Positions 49,578-59,748 of a DNA stretch of 64,000 nt are shown here, in pieces. Every line of letters starts with the position of its first letter. Positions within the stretch are counted from its first letter, which is position 1. The translations under genes and the position numbers were made by a program. Source of the stretch: an uncultured delta proteobacterium (GTDB lineage: Bacteria; Desulfobacterota; Desulfobacteria; Desulfobacterales; JAFDCJ01); contig CAVYNY010000038.1 of assembly GCA_963769935.1 (NCBI GenBank), positions 58,448 to 122,447 of the forward strand. Direction: 5' to 3'. The notes below the pieces were generated by a model, which was not told the DNA's origin, made no database searches, and saw only the letters and a program-made list of their open reading frames with translations.

Positions 49578-49667
49578 TATAGAGTGTCAACCAGCGGGCA
49601 AGGGCTCACTCCACGGTCAAAACCGTGCAGGGTGTCGCTTTCCCCCAAACCAAAAGGAGACACGATC

Positions 49668-50084
49668 ATGCGTTTCATGATTATTGTCAAGGCCACCAGG
49701 GACTCGGAAGCCGGCGTCATGCCGGAGGAAAAGCTTATTGCTGCGATGGCGGATTACCACGAGGAGCTGGCCAAAGCCGGTTTGCTGCTGGATGCCTCAG
49801 GGCTCCAGCCGAGTTCCAAAGGTTGGCGCATCCAATACGCCGGAAACAAGCGAACCGTCATTGACGGCCCCTTGGCCGAGACGAAAGAGCTCATCGCCGG
49901 CTATACGATCATCCAGGTAAAGTACAGGGAAGAGGCAGTCGAATGGACCAAGCGGTTTCCGAACCCCGCCGGTGACGGCCGCGAAGGCGAGATCGAGGTG
50001 CGCCCGCTGTTCGAGCTGGACGACTTCGGACCCAGCGAGGCGGTGGAACGCTTTCGCAAATTAGATGTGGAAACAAAGCATTAA
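49668..50084 (+). CDS. YciI/DGPF-family protein
   Basis: VIDGPLAETKELIAGY, EIEVRP. Confidence 0.92.
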   Translation: MRFMIIVKATRDSEAGVMPEEKLIAAMADYHEELAKAGLLLDASGLQPSSKGWRIQYAGNKRTVIDGPLAETKELIAGYTIIQVKYREEAVEWTKRFPNPAGDGREGEIEVRPLFELDDFGPSEAVERFRKLDVETKH

Positions 50085-50176
50085 CCGCGGAGCACCTCGG
50101 TTTGCTGCGGAGGATGCATTAGTTCGCGCCGCGACGGCTTCCGATGCTGTTGTGCGTGCGGTGCGGTCAGGAGGAA

Positions 50177-50578
50177 ATGATGAAATACATATGTCTTGGT
50201 TATATAGACGAAGATAAATGGGGTGGGATGTCCGAAAGCGAGCGGAACACCTTCATGGACCAGTGCTTCGCGTACGACGATGTGCTTCGCAAGAATGGTC
50301 ACTTTGCCGGCGGGGATGCGCTCCAGAGCGCTCGGAACGCCGTCACCCTACGCCGGAAGAATGGCAAGGTGTCCATCACCGATGGCCCGTATGCCGAAAC
50401 CAAAGAGCAGCTGGGCGGCATCCTCATCCTCGAAGCCGGAGACCTGAACCACGCGATCCAGTTGATGTCGGAACACCCGGGCGTGAAGGCAGGACCCTTC
50501 GAGATTCGCCCGGCCGCGGATTTATCGGCGCTGGTGGCGGAAAGCCAGCGGCGCCGCTCAACAACAAAAGGCGAGTAA
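50177..50578 (+). CDS. YciI/DGPF-family protein
   Basis: [20 protein letters not shown]. Confidence 0.92.
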   Translation: MMKYICLGYIDEDKWGGMSESERNTFMDQCFAYDDVLRKNGHFAGGDALQSARNAVTLRRKNGKVSITDGPYAETKEQLGGILILEAGDLNHAIQLMSEHPGVKAGPFEIRPAADLSALVAESQRRRSTTKGE

Positions 50579-50591
50579 AAGGAGGAATACC

Positions 50592-51002
50592 ATGGCAGAT
50601 AAATCTATCAAAATGTATCCGGTCGTTCACTTCGAGATGCCGGCGGTAGACAGCAAACGCATGGCAGGCTTCTATACCAACGTGTTTGGCTGGCAGACAC
50701 AGATGCTTGGCCCGGAAATGGGCGACTATGTTCTCGCCGCCACGACCGACTCCGACGAAAACGGCCCCAAGCGGCCGGGCGCCATCAACGGCGGCTTCTA
50801 TCCCAAGTCGGACGATAGACCGGCGCAATATCCGTCGGTCGTGATTGCGGTCGAAGATATCATGGTGCATATGAAAAAAGTGGAAAAAGCGGGCGGCAAG
50901 GTGCTTGGAGATCCGTGGGATATCCCCGGCGTCGGATTGTATGTGTCATTTTTTGACACAGAAGGCAACCGGGTGAGCATGCTCCAACCGAAGCGCTCAT
51001 AA
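50592..51002 (+). CDS. VOC/glyoxalase family protein
   Basis: VVHFEMP, FYTNVFGW, GAINGG, FFDTEGN. Confidence 0.92.
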   Translation: MADKSIKMYPVVHFEMPAVDSKRMAGFYTNVFGWQTQMLGPEMGDYVLAATTDSDENGPKRPGAINGGFYPKSDDRPAQYPSVVIAVEDIMVHMKKVEKAGGKVLGDPWDIPGVGLYVSFFDTEGNRVSMLQPKRS

Positions 51003-51092
51003 TTGTTTTTTAAAATGAAAAAATTCGACATCAAAACTTTAATACAGGTATTTGAGCAACGATAGTTGTCTCGACGAAATGAAGGAGGGAGT

Positions 51093-51542
51093 ATGGCAGC
51101 AACGAAAGACAGGCTGCAAGTGACCCAGTTCATCAGCGGCAAACGCGAGAAAGTATTTCAAGCCTGGACCGACCGGGATTTGGTCAATAAGTGGCTCTGC
51201 CCGGAGGAATGCCGCGTGACTCGCAACGAGGCGGATGTGCGTGTGGGAGGAAAGTTTCGCGAGTCCATGAAGTGCGGCAAGGACATCCACACCGTCTTTG
51301 GTGCTTACCGAGAAATTGTTCCCGGCAAAAAGCTCGTCTTCACCCACCAGTGGGACGAGCCGAACTCGATTGAAACTGTAGTGGCAGTGGAACTAACGGA
51401 CAAAAACGGCGGCACCGAGGTAATGCTCACCCAGCAGGGGTTTACAAACGCTGCGTCGGCGAAGGGCCATGAAGAGGGGTGGGCCAGTGCTCTCAGGAAT
51501 CTGGCTAAGCAGTTTCACGAGGCCGGCTGCGCGCACCGATAA
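51093..51542 (+). CDS. SRPBCC/AHSA1-like protein
   Basis: EKVFQAWTD, DVRVGG, YREIVPGKKLVFT, GHEEGW. Confidence 0.9.
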   Translation: MAATKDRLQVTQFISGKREKVFQAWTDRDLVNKWLCPEECRVTRNEADVRVGGKFRESMKCGKDIHTVFGAYREIVPGKKLVFTHQWDEPNSIETVVAVELTDKNGGTEVMLTQQGFTNAASAKGHEEGWASALRNLAKQFHEAGCAHR

Positions 51543-51634
51543 CCGCTGCCCGGCCAGTGCGAACTGCTGCAAATAGAACGGGCTCGCCGTTTACCAGGCG
51601 GCCCGTTCAATCAACCATTGAAGGAAGAAACACC

Positions 51635-51994
51635 ATGCAATATTTACTGCTGTGCTGCTTTGACGAAAAACAGTGGGAAAAGATACCGGTATCGCAGCGG
51701 GATGCGATCATGGAGGCGTATCAGACATTCGAGCAAGACCTCGTAAAGAGCGGTCACTACCGCGCCGGCGCAAAACTAAAACCAAGTTCGACCGCCACGA
51801 CCGTGCGCCTGAAAAACGACAAGTCGGCTGTTACCGACGGCCCGTTTGCGGAAACCAAAGAGCAAATCGGCGGCTACCACCTCGTCGAGTGCAAGGACCT
51901 TGATGAGGCGATCGCTATCGCGAAGCGCATTCCGACGCTGCCCGTGGGCGGAACGGTCGAAGTGCGCCCAATTGAGCATGTGATCCAGGGTTGA
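51635..51994 (+). CDS. YciI/DGPF-family protein
   Basis: VTDGPFAETKEQIGGY, VEVRP. Confidence 0.92.
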   Translation: MQYLLLCCFDEKQWEKIPVSQRDAIMEAYQTFEQDLVKSGHYRAGAKLKPSSTATTVRLKNDKSAVTDGPFAETKEQIGGYHLVECKDLDEAIAIAKRIPTLPVGGTVEVRPIEHVIQG

Positions 51995-52229
51995 AACGCA
52001 ACGATCTGGGTTCTAAGAGCATTTTTGACTCTTATAATGCCCTGATTTTAAAATGATTCAATAAAATGGTGCCGATAAATTTCCACCAATTACCAGGACT
52101 CTCCGGACTCAAACCTTTTTTGGACGTCGGCCAGAGCCGATAGTTTCATGATCTCAATCACCATTGGATCATGTTCAGTGTGGCTGACTACTTTAATTAT
52201 AGGTTGAAAGGGCATTATAAAAAATTTAT

Positions 52230-53039
52230 TCATTCAACAAGTATCTTTAGGTCATCGGCACATTGTTTGACAATATCTCCAGTAATCTTTTTTGTTTCTG
52301 AAATATAGCCGGTCAAAAGCGCACGATCACAAATGATGTTGATCAATCGGGGGTAGCCTTTGGAAAATGAAAATATTTCATGATTAGCTTCAGGGCTGAA
52401 AATTTCTGTCTTGGAACCGGCTACGCTCAGGCGATGTCTGATGTACTCCTGTGTTTCGGGTTCCGTCAGCGGTTCAATAGTATAGTGTACCGTTAGTCGT
52501 TGACGCAAGGCTTTGTTTTTTACATCCTTTATCATGTCAATGACTTCATTCTGTCCGACCAAAAAAACATTGATCAACTTAGTATAATTTCTTTCAATGT
52601 TTGATAAAAGTCGAATTTGTTCCATAAGTTGCTGATTCAATCTTTGAGCCTCGTCTATTATCAGTAGTACCTTTTTCTTCCCTGAATATGTGGTTTGCAA
52701 AAATTGTTCGAATTGGATTAGAAAATCGCCTTTGGTATTGGAATCTACTTTGAGATTAAATTCCTTGGTAACTAATTTGAAAAAATCGTGAATATTGAGA
52801 TCCGGATCCGGAAGTGCCGCTACAATGGCATCGATATCATTATCGAGCAAAAAATAATTAATCAGCGAAGTTTTTCCAGTCCCGATATCGCCATTAATTA
52901 AAATGAATGCTTTATTTTCTTGAATACCGTATTTTAGTGATGCAAGCGCCTCTTCGTGTTTTTCACTGAGCCAAAAAAACCGGGGATCTGGGCTTTCCTC
53001 AAAAGGCTTTAATTTCAGATTATAAAAAGAAAGATACAT
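52230..53039 (-). CDS. ExeA/GspA-like AAA+ ATPase, ATPase domain only
   Basis: KPFEESPDPRF, GDIGTGKT, IIDEAQ, GYPRLINIICD. Confidence 0.88.
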   Translation of the reverse strand: MYLSFYNLKLKPFEESPDPRFFWLSEKHEEALASLKYGIQENKAFILINGDIGTGKTSLINYFLLDNDIDAIVAALPDPDLNIHDFFKLVTKEFNLKVDSNTKGDFLIQFEQFLQTTYSGKKKVLLIIDEAQRLNQQLMEQIRLLSNIERNYTKLINVFLVGQNEVIDMIKDVKNKALRQRLTVHYTIEPLTEPETQEYIRHRLSVAGSKTEIFSPEANHEIFSFSKGYPRLINIICDRALLTGYISETKKITGDIVKQCADDLKILVE

Positions 53040-53154
53040 TTGAATGCTTAACTCCATATATTCATTTAACGCACAAGGCTAATTCTAATCGTATTTTTCC
53101 AATAAATCAAGATGGAATCAGCAAGGAGTTCCCCCATATTTTCACCAGAGGGGT

Positions 53155-53270
53155 AACCGCTGCGAAATATGACCCCGCCAAAACCAAGGTGGCCATGCTT
53201 TTCAACCTGTTGTAGGTCGGTACACGGATATCCTCAAAATCGTAGCTCTGCTTAATAAAACTGCTTTCCT
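53155..53270 (-). mobile_element. Probable DDE transposase C-terminal remnant
   Basis: FIKQSYDFEDIRVPTYNRLKSMATLVLAGSYFAAV resembles the post-catalytic-Glu region of IS4-like transposases (from memory). Confidence 0.5.
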
Positions 53271-53715
53271 GACTGTTTTTGGGTGAACTCCTTTCAAATA
53301 TACACCTTGACAACCAAATCCGCCTTTGATAATTGGCTACCAAAAATTTCCGCTATTATTATGCCTCAATATGTGGGGCTGGACCTGATACCGATACACA
53401 ATTTGCAATTTTCAATTCGCCCGTTTTGAAAAAACAACTTCTTGTCTTTTTTAGAGAGTATTTAGTCAAGCGCCTGAAAATACAACAATAAAAAGTAAAG
53501 AACCGAACACAAAATGCGCGAGAAAGAACAAAAACAAATGCCGCAGATTGAACCCTCAACAGGTCATCCCAACATATCACAAATATGACAATTTAGAAAC
53601 CTCGCTAATATTAAAGCTACGGCAGTACGAAGTACTATAGATTTTTTTACTTCGGGGTGAGTGTTAAAATTCACAGTTCATGGAAGGACACTAATTATAG
53701 ATAAAGGAGAGTTGC

Positions 53716-54702
53716 ATGGCCAAGCTTCTTATTTATCTAATCACTGTAGAGACAAGTCACGCCGCTAAAAAACGTTCTATTGACAATTCATTCGTGCTTT
53801 TAAAGGATCATATGAAAACATGTAATGCAATGCGGCAAAAGAATCACAATCTTTTTGATTCAATCCTGGTGGCACCGGAATATCTCTTTTCGCATTACGC
53901 TCAGAAGAAAATTGGATTTTTTAAAAAAAATCCGGTTGCTGGACAAAGAATAGCCATCCCCAAGAATAAGAAAGATAATATATTGGCCAGATTGAAAAAT
54001 TTCAGTAAGCAGTATAGTAAAACTATAATAATTCCCGGAACGATCTACTATGAAGAAAATATTGCTACCGGAGAAAAAAAAGACGAAGTTTCTAAAAGCC
54101 TGTTAATAAGAGAGTTTGAACTTAGACATGGTAATAGTAGTGGAGATAAAATTATAAAACCCTCGGAGCGACGTGGCATAGAAGTTATGAACTATAATCC
54201 TAAAACTAATGGAAGCGATATGGCTGACAAGCTGAAAACCTTTACAAAAGAGATGCAAAAGCAGCCTGTCAAAGCGGTGAAAAATACTTGCGTCATATTA
54301 TTTAACTCCGAAGTCGTTGCCGGTTATGAAAAAAAAACAGGATTTAACGAGACTTATGACCGGTCAGTAGATGAAGGTTTCTTTGTAAGTACCAATAAAA
54401 ATTCATGCCCAGTTATCGGCGGCTTTAGATTTGGAGTTGAAATTTGCTTTGATCATAATCAAGGAGTCTTAAAAAAAAGGAACGCCAGTGATTTATTCTT
54501 CCATGTGGTTGTGTCAGACTTCGTAGAAACAAAAAAGGGGAATATTGCTGTGCAAGAGGGAGGATACTTCATTCATTCTTCATCAGATTCGAGCCAAACT
54601 ATGGTGAAGGAAAAAAAATTAAATGTGATTCAAGATTGTATAATCTATAAATCAGGGCCCAACTACAAGGCCTACCTCCTTGATATTCCAGACAGAGTAT
54701 AA
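53716..54702 (+). CDS. Divergent carbon-nitrogen hydrolase (nitrilase-fold) protein, AT-rich
   Basis: VAPEYLF, IIIPGT, YEKK, GVEICFDH give a Glu-Lys-Cys triad pattern; AGGAG RBS. Confidence 0.65.
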   Translation: MAKLLIYLITVETSHAAKKRSIDNSFVLLKDHMKTCNAMRQKNHNLFDSILVAPEYLFSHYAQKKIGFFKKNPVAGQRIAIPKNKKDNILARLKNFSKQYSKTIIIPGTIYYEENIATGEKKDEVSKSLLIREFELRHGNSSGDKIIKPSERRGIEVMNYNPKTNGSDMADKLKTFTKEMQKQPVKAVKNTCVILFNSEVVAGYEKKTGFNETYDRSVDEGFFVSTNKNSCPVIGGFRFGVEICFDHNQGVLKKRNASDLFFHVVVSDFVETKKGNIAVQEGGYFIHSSSDSSQTMVKEKKLNVIQDCIIYKSGPNYKAYLLDIPDRV

Positions 54703-54723
54703 CTCGAAGTAGATAGAAGTAGT

Positions 54724-55016
54724 TGAGGAGCCCTGCGTAAAATAGCCGATTAATAGGGTCCGGCACGATTTATTGCGTGGATTAGGGCCGGACCAATCTA
54801 TTATATACTGTATTTGTACCCAGGTATCGGCAGAAGCAGCTGTACGGCAAATTTCGATCCCGAGTTGGCGAGATACTGCGGGATTTACGCCGGCAGGGTG
54901 GAGTGGAGTTGATAGAAGGGCATTTGATGACACGTAAATAGCCCCAACGGGGCTTTCCCAAAGTCATCTCCCCCCTCCTGGGGGCTTCGATAGGCCTCCC
55001 GCTCTGCGGGAGGAGC
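54724..55016 (+). mobile_element. IS200/IS605-family remnant (tnpA fragment + terminal hairpins)
   Basis: 54804-54929 translates YTVFVPRYRQKQLYGKFRSRVGEILRDLRRQGGVELIEGHLM; downstream hairpins include cctcccgc-tct-gcgggagg. Confidence 0.75.
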
Positions 55017-55621
55017 AGTCACTAACTTATTGCCAAAATTTTAATCCGTTCCCATCTTTTTTTGTATTTTCTCTGCCACTCATTTCCCCACATGTTTATT
55101 TTCAGCTTGATAAAAGTTATTGATTTTGTTGTAAGACGGTCAATATGCCGACGTATGGTTTCATTTTTCTCCTCAGGCGGTTTATGAATGTCAAACCCAA
55201 AAACCAAAAGAAGGTAGACCATTAAAATGTCTCAAGCCTCAAAAATGATCAGATCATTTTCAGAACCACCAAGCTCTGGAATCGCTTGAGGCTTGAATTG
55301 ATGGCTCGCGGGGGGAGCGTATCGGTGAGGTGTTAAAACTTCGATTCATCGAAATTCAGGATCGTGAATTGATCATAGAGGATCCAAAAAAAGCGGAAAA
55401 GAACAGGAGGTTGTATTTATTCCCCAAAAGCACATATCCGAAACGACCACTTTTTATGATTATAAGATGCGCAGGGTCATCAACCTCGATAATGTCAGCC
55501 CCAATCCATAGTGCCCGATCTCAGAGACTGATGGCCAGAAACTTGATGGACTGGGCGGAGACAAATAAAAAATCAACCAATAATCCAATGGGATGTCCCC
55601 AAAATTCCTTGGAACAAAATT

Positions 55622-56173
55622 TTAATTCCCCCTTCTTTCTTTTTTTCTTGCTTCGCGTCCCGCCTTTTCAACTTCCCCTATCCTTTTTTCTTCTCTTTCG
55701 CCTTCTTTTCTCTCTTCTCCTCTGGCTTCTTTCCGTTCTTCAGCTGCCAGCTCTTCTATTTTATCTTGTTTCTTAGACACCCTTTTCTCTTTTCTTCCCA
55801 TCCCTCTTCTTTCTTGTTTTCTTGCTTCTCGCCCCGCCTTTTCAAGTCCCTCAATTCTCCTTTCTTCCCACTCAGCTCCTCTTCGATCTTCTCTTCTCTC
55901 TTCTCTTCTGGTGTTTTCCCCCAGTTCCACCAATATCTCATTGTAGAATTTAAAAGCTACGTTTATAATGTCTTCGGCTCTTTCACTCATAAATTTATTT
56001 TTTTCAATTTTTCTCTCAAGAGAAGCAGCCTGATCGGTGTGTCCTTCCTTCTCTATCTTTTCTTTTTCTTGCTCCGTTGTGTGCATGGTCTTCGAAGCTA
56101 GGTTTTGGATAACCTTGATGTATCTTTCCATTTTCCCCATGTTTTGAGCGGATTCGAAAATGGCCTTATCCAT
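55622..56173 (-). CDS. Hypothetical protein with low-complexity E/R/K-rich C-terminus
   Basis: 183-aa ORF, purine-rich, with the internal repeat EKAGREARK twice. Confidence 0.5.
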   Translation of the reverse strand: MDKAIFESAQNMGKMERYIKVIQNLASKTMHTTEQEKEKIEKEGHTDQAASLERKIEKNKFMSERAEDIINVAFKFYNEILVELGENTRREERREDRRGAEWEERRIEGLEKAGREARKQERRGMGRKEKRVSKKQDKIEELAAEERKEARGEERKEGEREEKRIGEVEKAGREARKKERRGN

Positions 56174-56402
56174 TGCCGGTCTAAAGTTAATGATAAGAAA
56201 TTATTTTATATGATGAATCGTATTCATATAATAAATGAAGTGGTAATTCAAGAAAGAAGTCCTTAACATATGGATCTTTTCCAAGCCCTCCAGGGGAGAA
56301 CCTGGCAGGAGCAGGAAGCTTTTGTAGTGGAATATCTGACATAAAGGTATACGTATTTATAAAATCTGCTCAAATATTTCTAATTCTCTACTGTGAGTTT
56401 GA

Positions 56403-56619
56403 TGACAACGACGGGCTTTGCGGCGAGCTAAGGGCTCACTCAAAAATAACTTCACATTTTATACGCCGATGCATCTCATGCGGCTGCGTTGCGAAAGCTC
56501 GGAATATCCAGATATTCCTGCGTTTTCGCGCCTTGCCGCAAGAGCGCCTCAACGCTTAAAACTGTGAATTAATTTTTTCGTGAACCCTAAGCGAGTCCGG
56601 CAACAGCCCAAGGTTAGGT
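56403..56619 (-). other. attC-like site interrupted by a MITE
   Basis: Minus strand: ACCTAAC..gggctgttgccgg..[insert]..ccgcaaagccc..GTTGTCA. Confidence 0.65.
56432..56587. mobile_element. 156-bp MITE with imperfect TIRs and TAA target duplication
   Basis: gggctcactcaaaaataacttcaca / tgtgaattaattttttcgtgaaccc, flanked by TAA (56429-31 and 56588-90). Confidence 0.75.
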
Positions 56620-56744
56620 CCATCCTTTTTTATATATGTCAAAGGAAAAACAAGAGGGTCGTAACTTCATACTTGACATAATTTGCCAGTGAGTGAAAAA
56701 TGAAGACCTGACCCTTATGTTCTTGTTTTGATTCGATTTGCTCT

Positions 56745-58061
56745 TCATGTTTTTGGAAGCGATCCGTCCGGGGGAAAAACCGCTATATCGCCCACCGGAT
56801 TTTTCCATGCCTGATAGCCGGCGCGGCCCAATGCTTCTATCGCGCCGTCGGTATAGCCTTCATCTTCAACCTGGGTCCACAGTGCCGACACCCTTTCCAT
56901 GATTGCACCGGGAGATGCGTTAAGGGAAGCTTCTGTGAAATATATAAAACCGCGACTGTCCCTATCGCAGATACCATATTTTACACGTAGCAGGTCGACA
57001 TAACGGTTGAAATCCGCCCAAAAGCTTCCATCGGCACGAATGGCATTTGTCAGGTCGGCAAGCAGTTCGGCCTCCCGGTCTTCATCAGCCAGTGTTAACC
57101 AAGGACCGACACCCAGAGGCCGGAGATTGTCCATACTAAACGAGAATTCCAAAGGATGTACACCTGTTTTATCCTTTGTATAGACAGAATATCGGGCGTA
57201 AATGCCGAAAGGATGATTGAATCCGGTGATCAATAGACCGCCATCATCAATCAGGGTAAAAATCTTTGACAGCATTGATTCCCTGATGTCTTTTTCAAAG
57301 TAGAGGAGGACGTTCATGCAACGGACAGTACCGGCAAGAGGAAGTTGGAGATTATCGATGTCTGCTTTTAAAAATTTTAAGTTTTTCCCTTCGAAATCTC
57401 GGATATGGTTATATACCAAGCGGTAGCCGTTTTTTTCGACGGTTACGCTGCAATGCTTATCGAAAATATGTAACTGGGGACACAACTCGGTAAAAAGCGA
57501 GTTGAATCGTTCCTTGGTCACATTGGAATGTTCGTTAAGCGGTTTCGTCTGAGCTTGGAGATATTGCAGTTTTCCGTAGCGATTGAAACAGGCGTAGTTG
57601 CCATCGATATCATACAGCACATAGCGCGAAAACGATCGGTCTATCCCGAAAACGGTCCAGTCCGGTAAGCGTTCAGCCGTATCGATCGTTGTTGCCGGCG
57701 GGAATCCGCACCCTAAGTCGATATATACGGACCGCTCATTGATTGAAGCGTGCATTTGATTAATTACATAGTCATCAAGTTTCTTATGCCGACCCGGTGA
57801 GGTGACAGGTGGGATATGCCCACCCCAGGCCGGTGGAAGCATGCCTGGGGTTACAGATGCCAACAGCCAGACCATTTGACTGTTGATTTCTGTTGCCGGA
57901 CATGCTGACCGTTTCATAAGGGTTAGCAGCCTTAAAATAACGCCTTTGGTTTCAGTCGATAACTCTGAAAAGGAAATACGGTCGGATAACCTGCTTGGCA
58001 ACCGTGTGCCAAGGTAATGCTCTACGAGAGAGTTAAATGATATTGCCTCTACTGATGCCAA
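56745..58061 (-). CDS. Class I SAM-dependent methyltransferase-like protein (cassette gene)
   Basis: YIDLGCGFP, FGID, VRCMNVLLYF; TTG start after GAGG, just downstream of an attC end. Confidence 0.75.
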   Translation of the reverse strand: MASVEAISFNSLVEHYLGTRLPSRLSDRISFSELSTETKGVILRLLTLMKRSACPATEINSQMVWLLASVTPGMLPPAWGGHIPPVTSPGRHKKLDDYVINQMHASINERSVYIDLGCGFPPATTIDTAERLPDWTVFGIDRSFSRYVLYDIDGNYACFNRYGKLQYLQAQTKPLNEHSNVTKERFNSLFTELCPQLHIFDKHCSVTVEKNGYRLVYNHIRDFEGKNLKFLKADIDNLQLPLAGTVRCMNVLLYFEKDIRESMLSKIFTLIDDGGLLITGFNHPFGIYARYSVYTKDKTGVHPLEFSFSMDNLRPLGVGPWLTLADEDREAELLADLTNAIRADGSFWADFNRYVDLLRVKYGICDRDSRGFIYFTEASLNASPGAIMERVSALWTQVEDEGYTDGAIEALGRAGYQAWKNPVGDIAVFPPDGSLPKT

Positions 58062-58082
58062 TTTTTCCTCTTTTTAGTCATC

Positions 58083-58189
58083 GTCGAACGTTTAGCGTGA
58101 GATGCGGCCCTCAGTAGTTCGCGAATCTAAAGACGTTACGAAAACCCGCCGGTTTCTTCTCGCCGTCACCTCAACCCGGCTGTTTATAT
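58083..58189 (-). other. attC-like site (degenerate)
   Basis: Minus strand: ATATAAAC..gaggtgacggc...gccgcatctc..GTTCGAC. Confidence 0.55.
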
Positions 58190-58292
58190 GCCGGCCTTTA
58201 GCCTCTTTTGAATGATGTCACCGATATAGGTGAGGGCAATGGTCGACGCGGGAATTGCCAAAATAATATAAAGGGCGTACCCGTGCGCTACG

Positions 58293-59657
58293 TCAGTCCT
58301 TTATTTCAGCTGAAGGACGAGCCGTGTTTTGAAATGAGTCTTTAGGCTTCTTCAGGCTCTTGACTAGTTTCTTGAAGGAATCCTCGAAGGATGCGTCCAC
58401 GACCTCCTGTTGAGGGTCGAATTCAAAATCGAGTATGGGCACATCTTTGAAGGTATTCCAGATGAAGTCATGCTTCTGGATCTCATCGATGGATGTGATC
58501 CTGATGGGGTAGAGCGATTGGGGATCTTTTTTCAATGCTTCCTGAATCTCTTTCTTGACCCAATCGCTTTTGAGGCTGTTTTTGGAAAGGACTATGATCA
58601 ATTTCTCATGCTTACCGACCGCACTCTCTATCTGTTCAGTCAATTGTCCCCCATGGATAATATTGTCGAAATCGAGCCACGTGGATATGAGCTCACCCCG
58701 GAGCCTTTCCTTCAGATATTTGACGAAACCATCATCTTTGCTGCTATAGCTGATAAAGCAAGACCAATAACTATCATCCGCCGTTTCATCTGCGTCTTGT
58801 GTGTAATTGACCTTGAGATCTTTGTATCGATACAGCGCGAACCGGGTTTCCATAGGAAGATTGACGTTGATGAGCTCGATGGCCGCCGGTCGTGCAAACT
58901 CTATGTGGTGGAAAGAAACCAGATCGGGGCGCTGAAACATGGGTTGTGCGCCCTCGTGCCAAAAGCGCTCTACGGACCTCGTCTCATCCGGAGAGAGGGG
59001 ATTGGATTCCAGCGCTTCAAGGTTGGCGAGGAACTGGTCAAAGGACTTGATCCCCTCAGCGAACAGGTATAACGAATGGACTTCCGGCTTGCCCACATAT
59101 TTGATCGTTGGGCTCTCAACGTCCGGTCTCAGGATGCCCTTTTGAGTCAAAAGCTCCAGCTTGTCTGCGTCCATCACCTGAGCGGGGATCTGAATCTCCG
59201 ATTTAGTCCCACAGAACAAGGCCCCATCTTCGCCAAAGACTGCACCCTCAAAATCCACCTTTTGGTAGAAAAGTGTTCTCCAAAAAAAGGTCTTCCCCCC
59301 AAATCGCGCCCATTTGAAGACCGCCTCATCATAGAATCTGGCCCAACTGAAGTTGGCCTCACCGGGGTAAATATGACCGGCCGGCGCGTTGGGATCCTTC
59401 ACCACCACGAGGTTATGGAAGTTGGCCGGCCCTCTGAACCGGGCATTCCAAAACCATATCCTGTCCTGCACGGTGCACATTCGAAAGCCGGCTCTTTTCC
59501 TGAAAAGCGCGCCGCTAAACGACGCTCCCCGCTCGAAGGTCGCATGCGAAAAATCCACTTCGTCTTCGAACACAACATTGTCAAAATGAGCAGGGTCCTT
59601 GAAGACGTGCCCACAGAAGTCCTGCCTGTCTCGGTACACCGCTGTTGGGGTGATCAT
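58293..59657 (-). CDS. Pentapeptide-repeat + C-terminal TIR domain protein (cassette gene)
   Basis: VDFSHATF/ASFSGALF/ANFSWARF repeats; CFISYSSKD...IIVLSKNSLKSDWVKKE. Confidence 0.88.
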   Translation of the reverse strand: MITPTAVYRDRQDFCGHVFKDPAHFDNVVFEDEVDFSHATFERGASFSGALFRKRAGFRMCTVQDRIWFWNARFRGPANFHNLVVVKDPNAPAGHIYPGEANFSWARFYDEAVFKWARFGGKTFFWRTLFYQKVDFEGAVFGEDGALFCGTKSEIQIPAQVMDADKLELLTQKGILRPDVESPTIKYVGKPEVHSLYLFAEGIKSFDQFLANLEALESNPLSPDETRSVERFWHEGAQPMFQRPDLVSFHHIEFARPAAIELINVNLPMETRFALYRYKDLKVNYTQDADETADDSYWSCFISYSSKDDGFVKYLKERLRGELISTWLDFDNIIHGGQLTEQIESAVGKHEKLIIVLSKNSLKSDWVKKEIQEALKKDPQSLYPIRITSIDEIQKHDFIWNTFKDVPILDFEFDPQQEVVDASFEDSFKKLVKSLKKPKDSFQNTARPSAEIKD

Positions 59658-59748
59658 AAAGCATATTCCAACGTGGCCATCACCGGTGGGGATGAAGCCC
59701 TGCTAACCGGGTCGGACCCAATAACATTTTTTTTCAATCGGCCCATCT

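Noticed and set aside
44402..53039. Type II secretion system locus
   Set aside because: Only ExeA-like ATPases are present; no secretin, GspE/F or pseudopilin genes in the window.
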